Of a DNA stretch of 64,000 bases, positions 63,923 to 64,000 are shown piece by piece. The DNA comes from Macrostomum lignano. Lineage: Eukaryota. The notes below the pieces were generated by a model. It saw only the letters and a list, made by a program, of their open reading frames with translations. It was not told the origin of the DNA and ran no database searches. The stretch lies in assembly GCA_002269645.1 (NCBI GenBank), contig NIVC01001409.1, positions 230,859 to 294,858 on the forward strand, read 5' to 3'. Both the position numbers and the translations under genes were made by a program. How positions within the stretch are numbered: position 1 is the stretch's first letter; every line of letters starts with the position of its first letter.

Positions 63923-64000
63923 GTGAGCTTGGCTTTGTGATTTGGAGTCACAGTGGTGCGAGTTCACAACCGATGTCCCGTGGCGTAAATGCATGGCAAT

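Overview
Eukaryotic (metazoan) genomic window with GC-rich spliced exons. The style resembles a ciliated invertebrate such as a free-living flatworm; this is inference only. Eight protein-coding genes were reconstructed by hand from GT-AG sites and frame continuity. On the minus strand: CDC20, a short CEP95-like gene, TBC1D16, ODAD1/CCDC114, an intronless Na,K-ATPase beta subunit nested on the same strand inside an ODAD1 intron, and IQUB. On the plus strand: a complete 16-exon DYNC2H1 (~4283 aa) and the 5' part of a divergent IP3-receptor-like channel. The first 23 kb hold a 4.4 kb 50-bp satellite and about a dozen unrelated minisatellites, mostly one per long intron or spacer. These include a G-quadruplex array, a CCAAT-box array and an intron that is fully translatable in frame. 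Mobile DNA comprises a hAT-type element (8-bp TSD), a Mutator/Foldback-type element (9-bp TSD), two small MITE-like inverted repeats, a decayed Ty3/Gypsy element and a multi-hairpin element. No rRNA, tRNA or CRISPR array was found.
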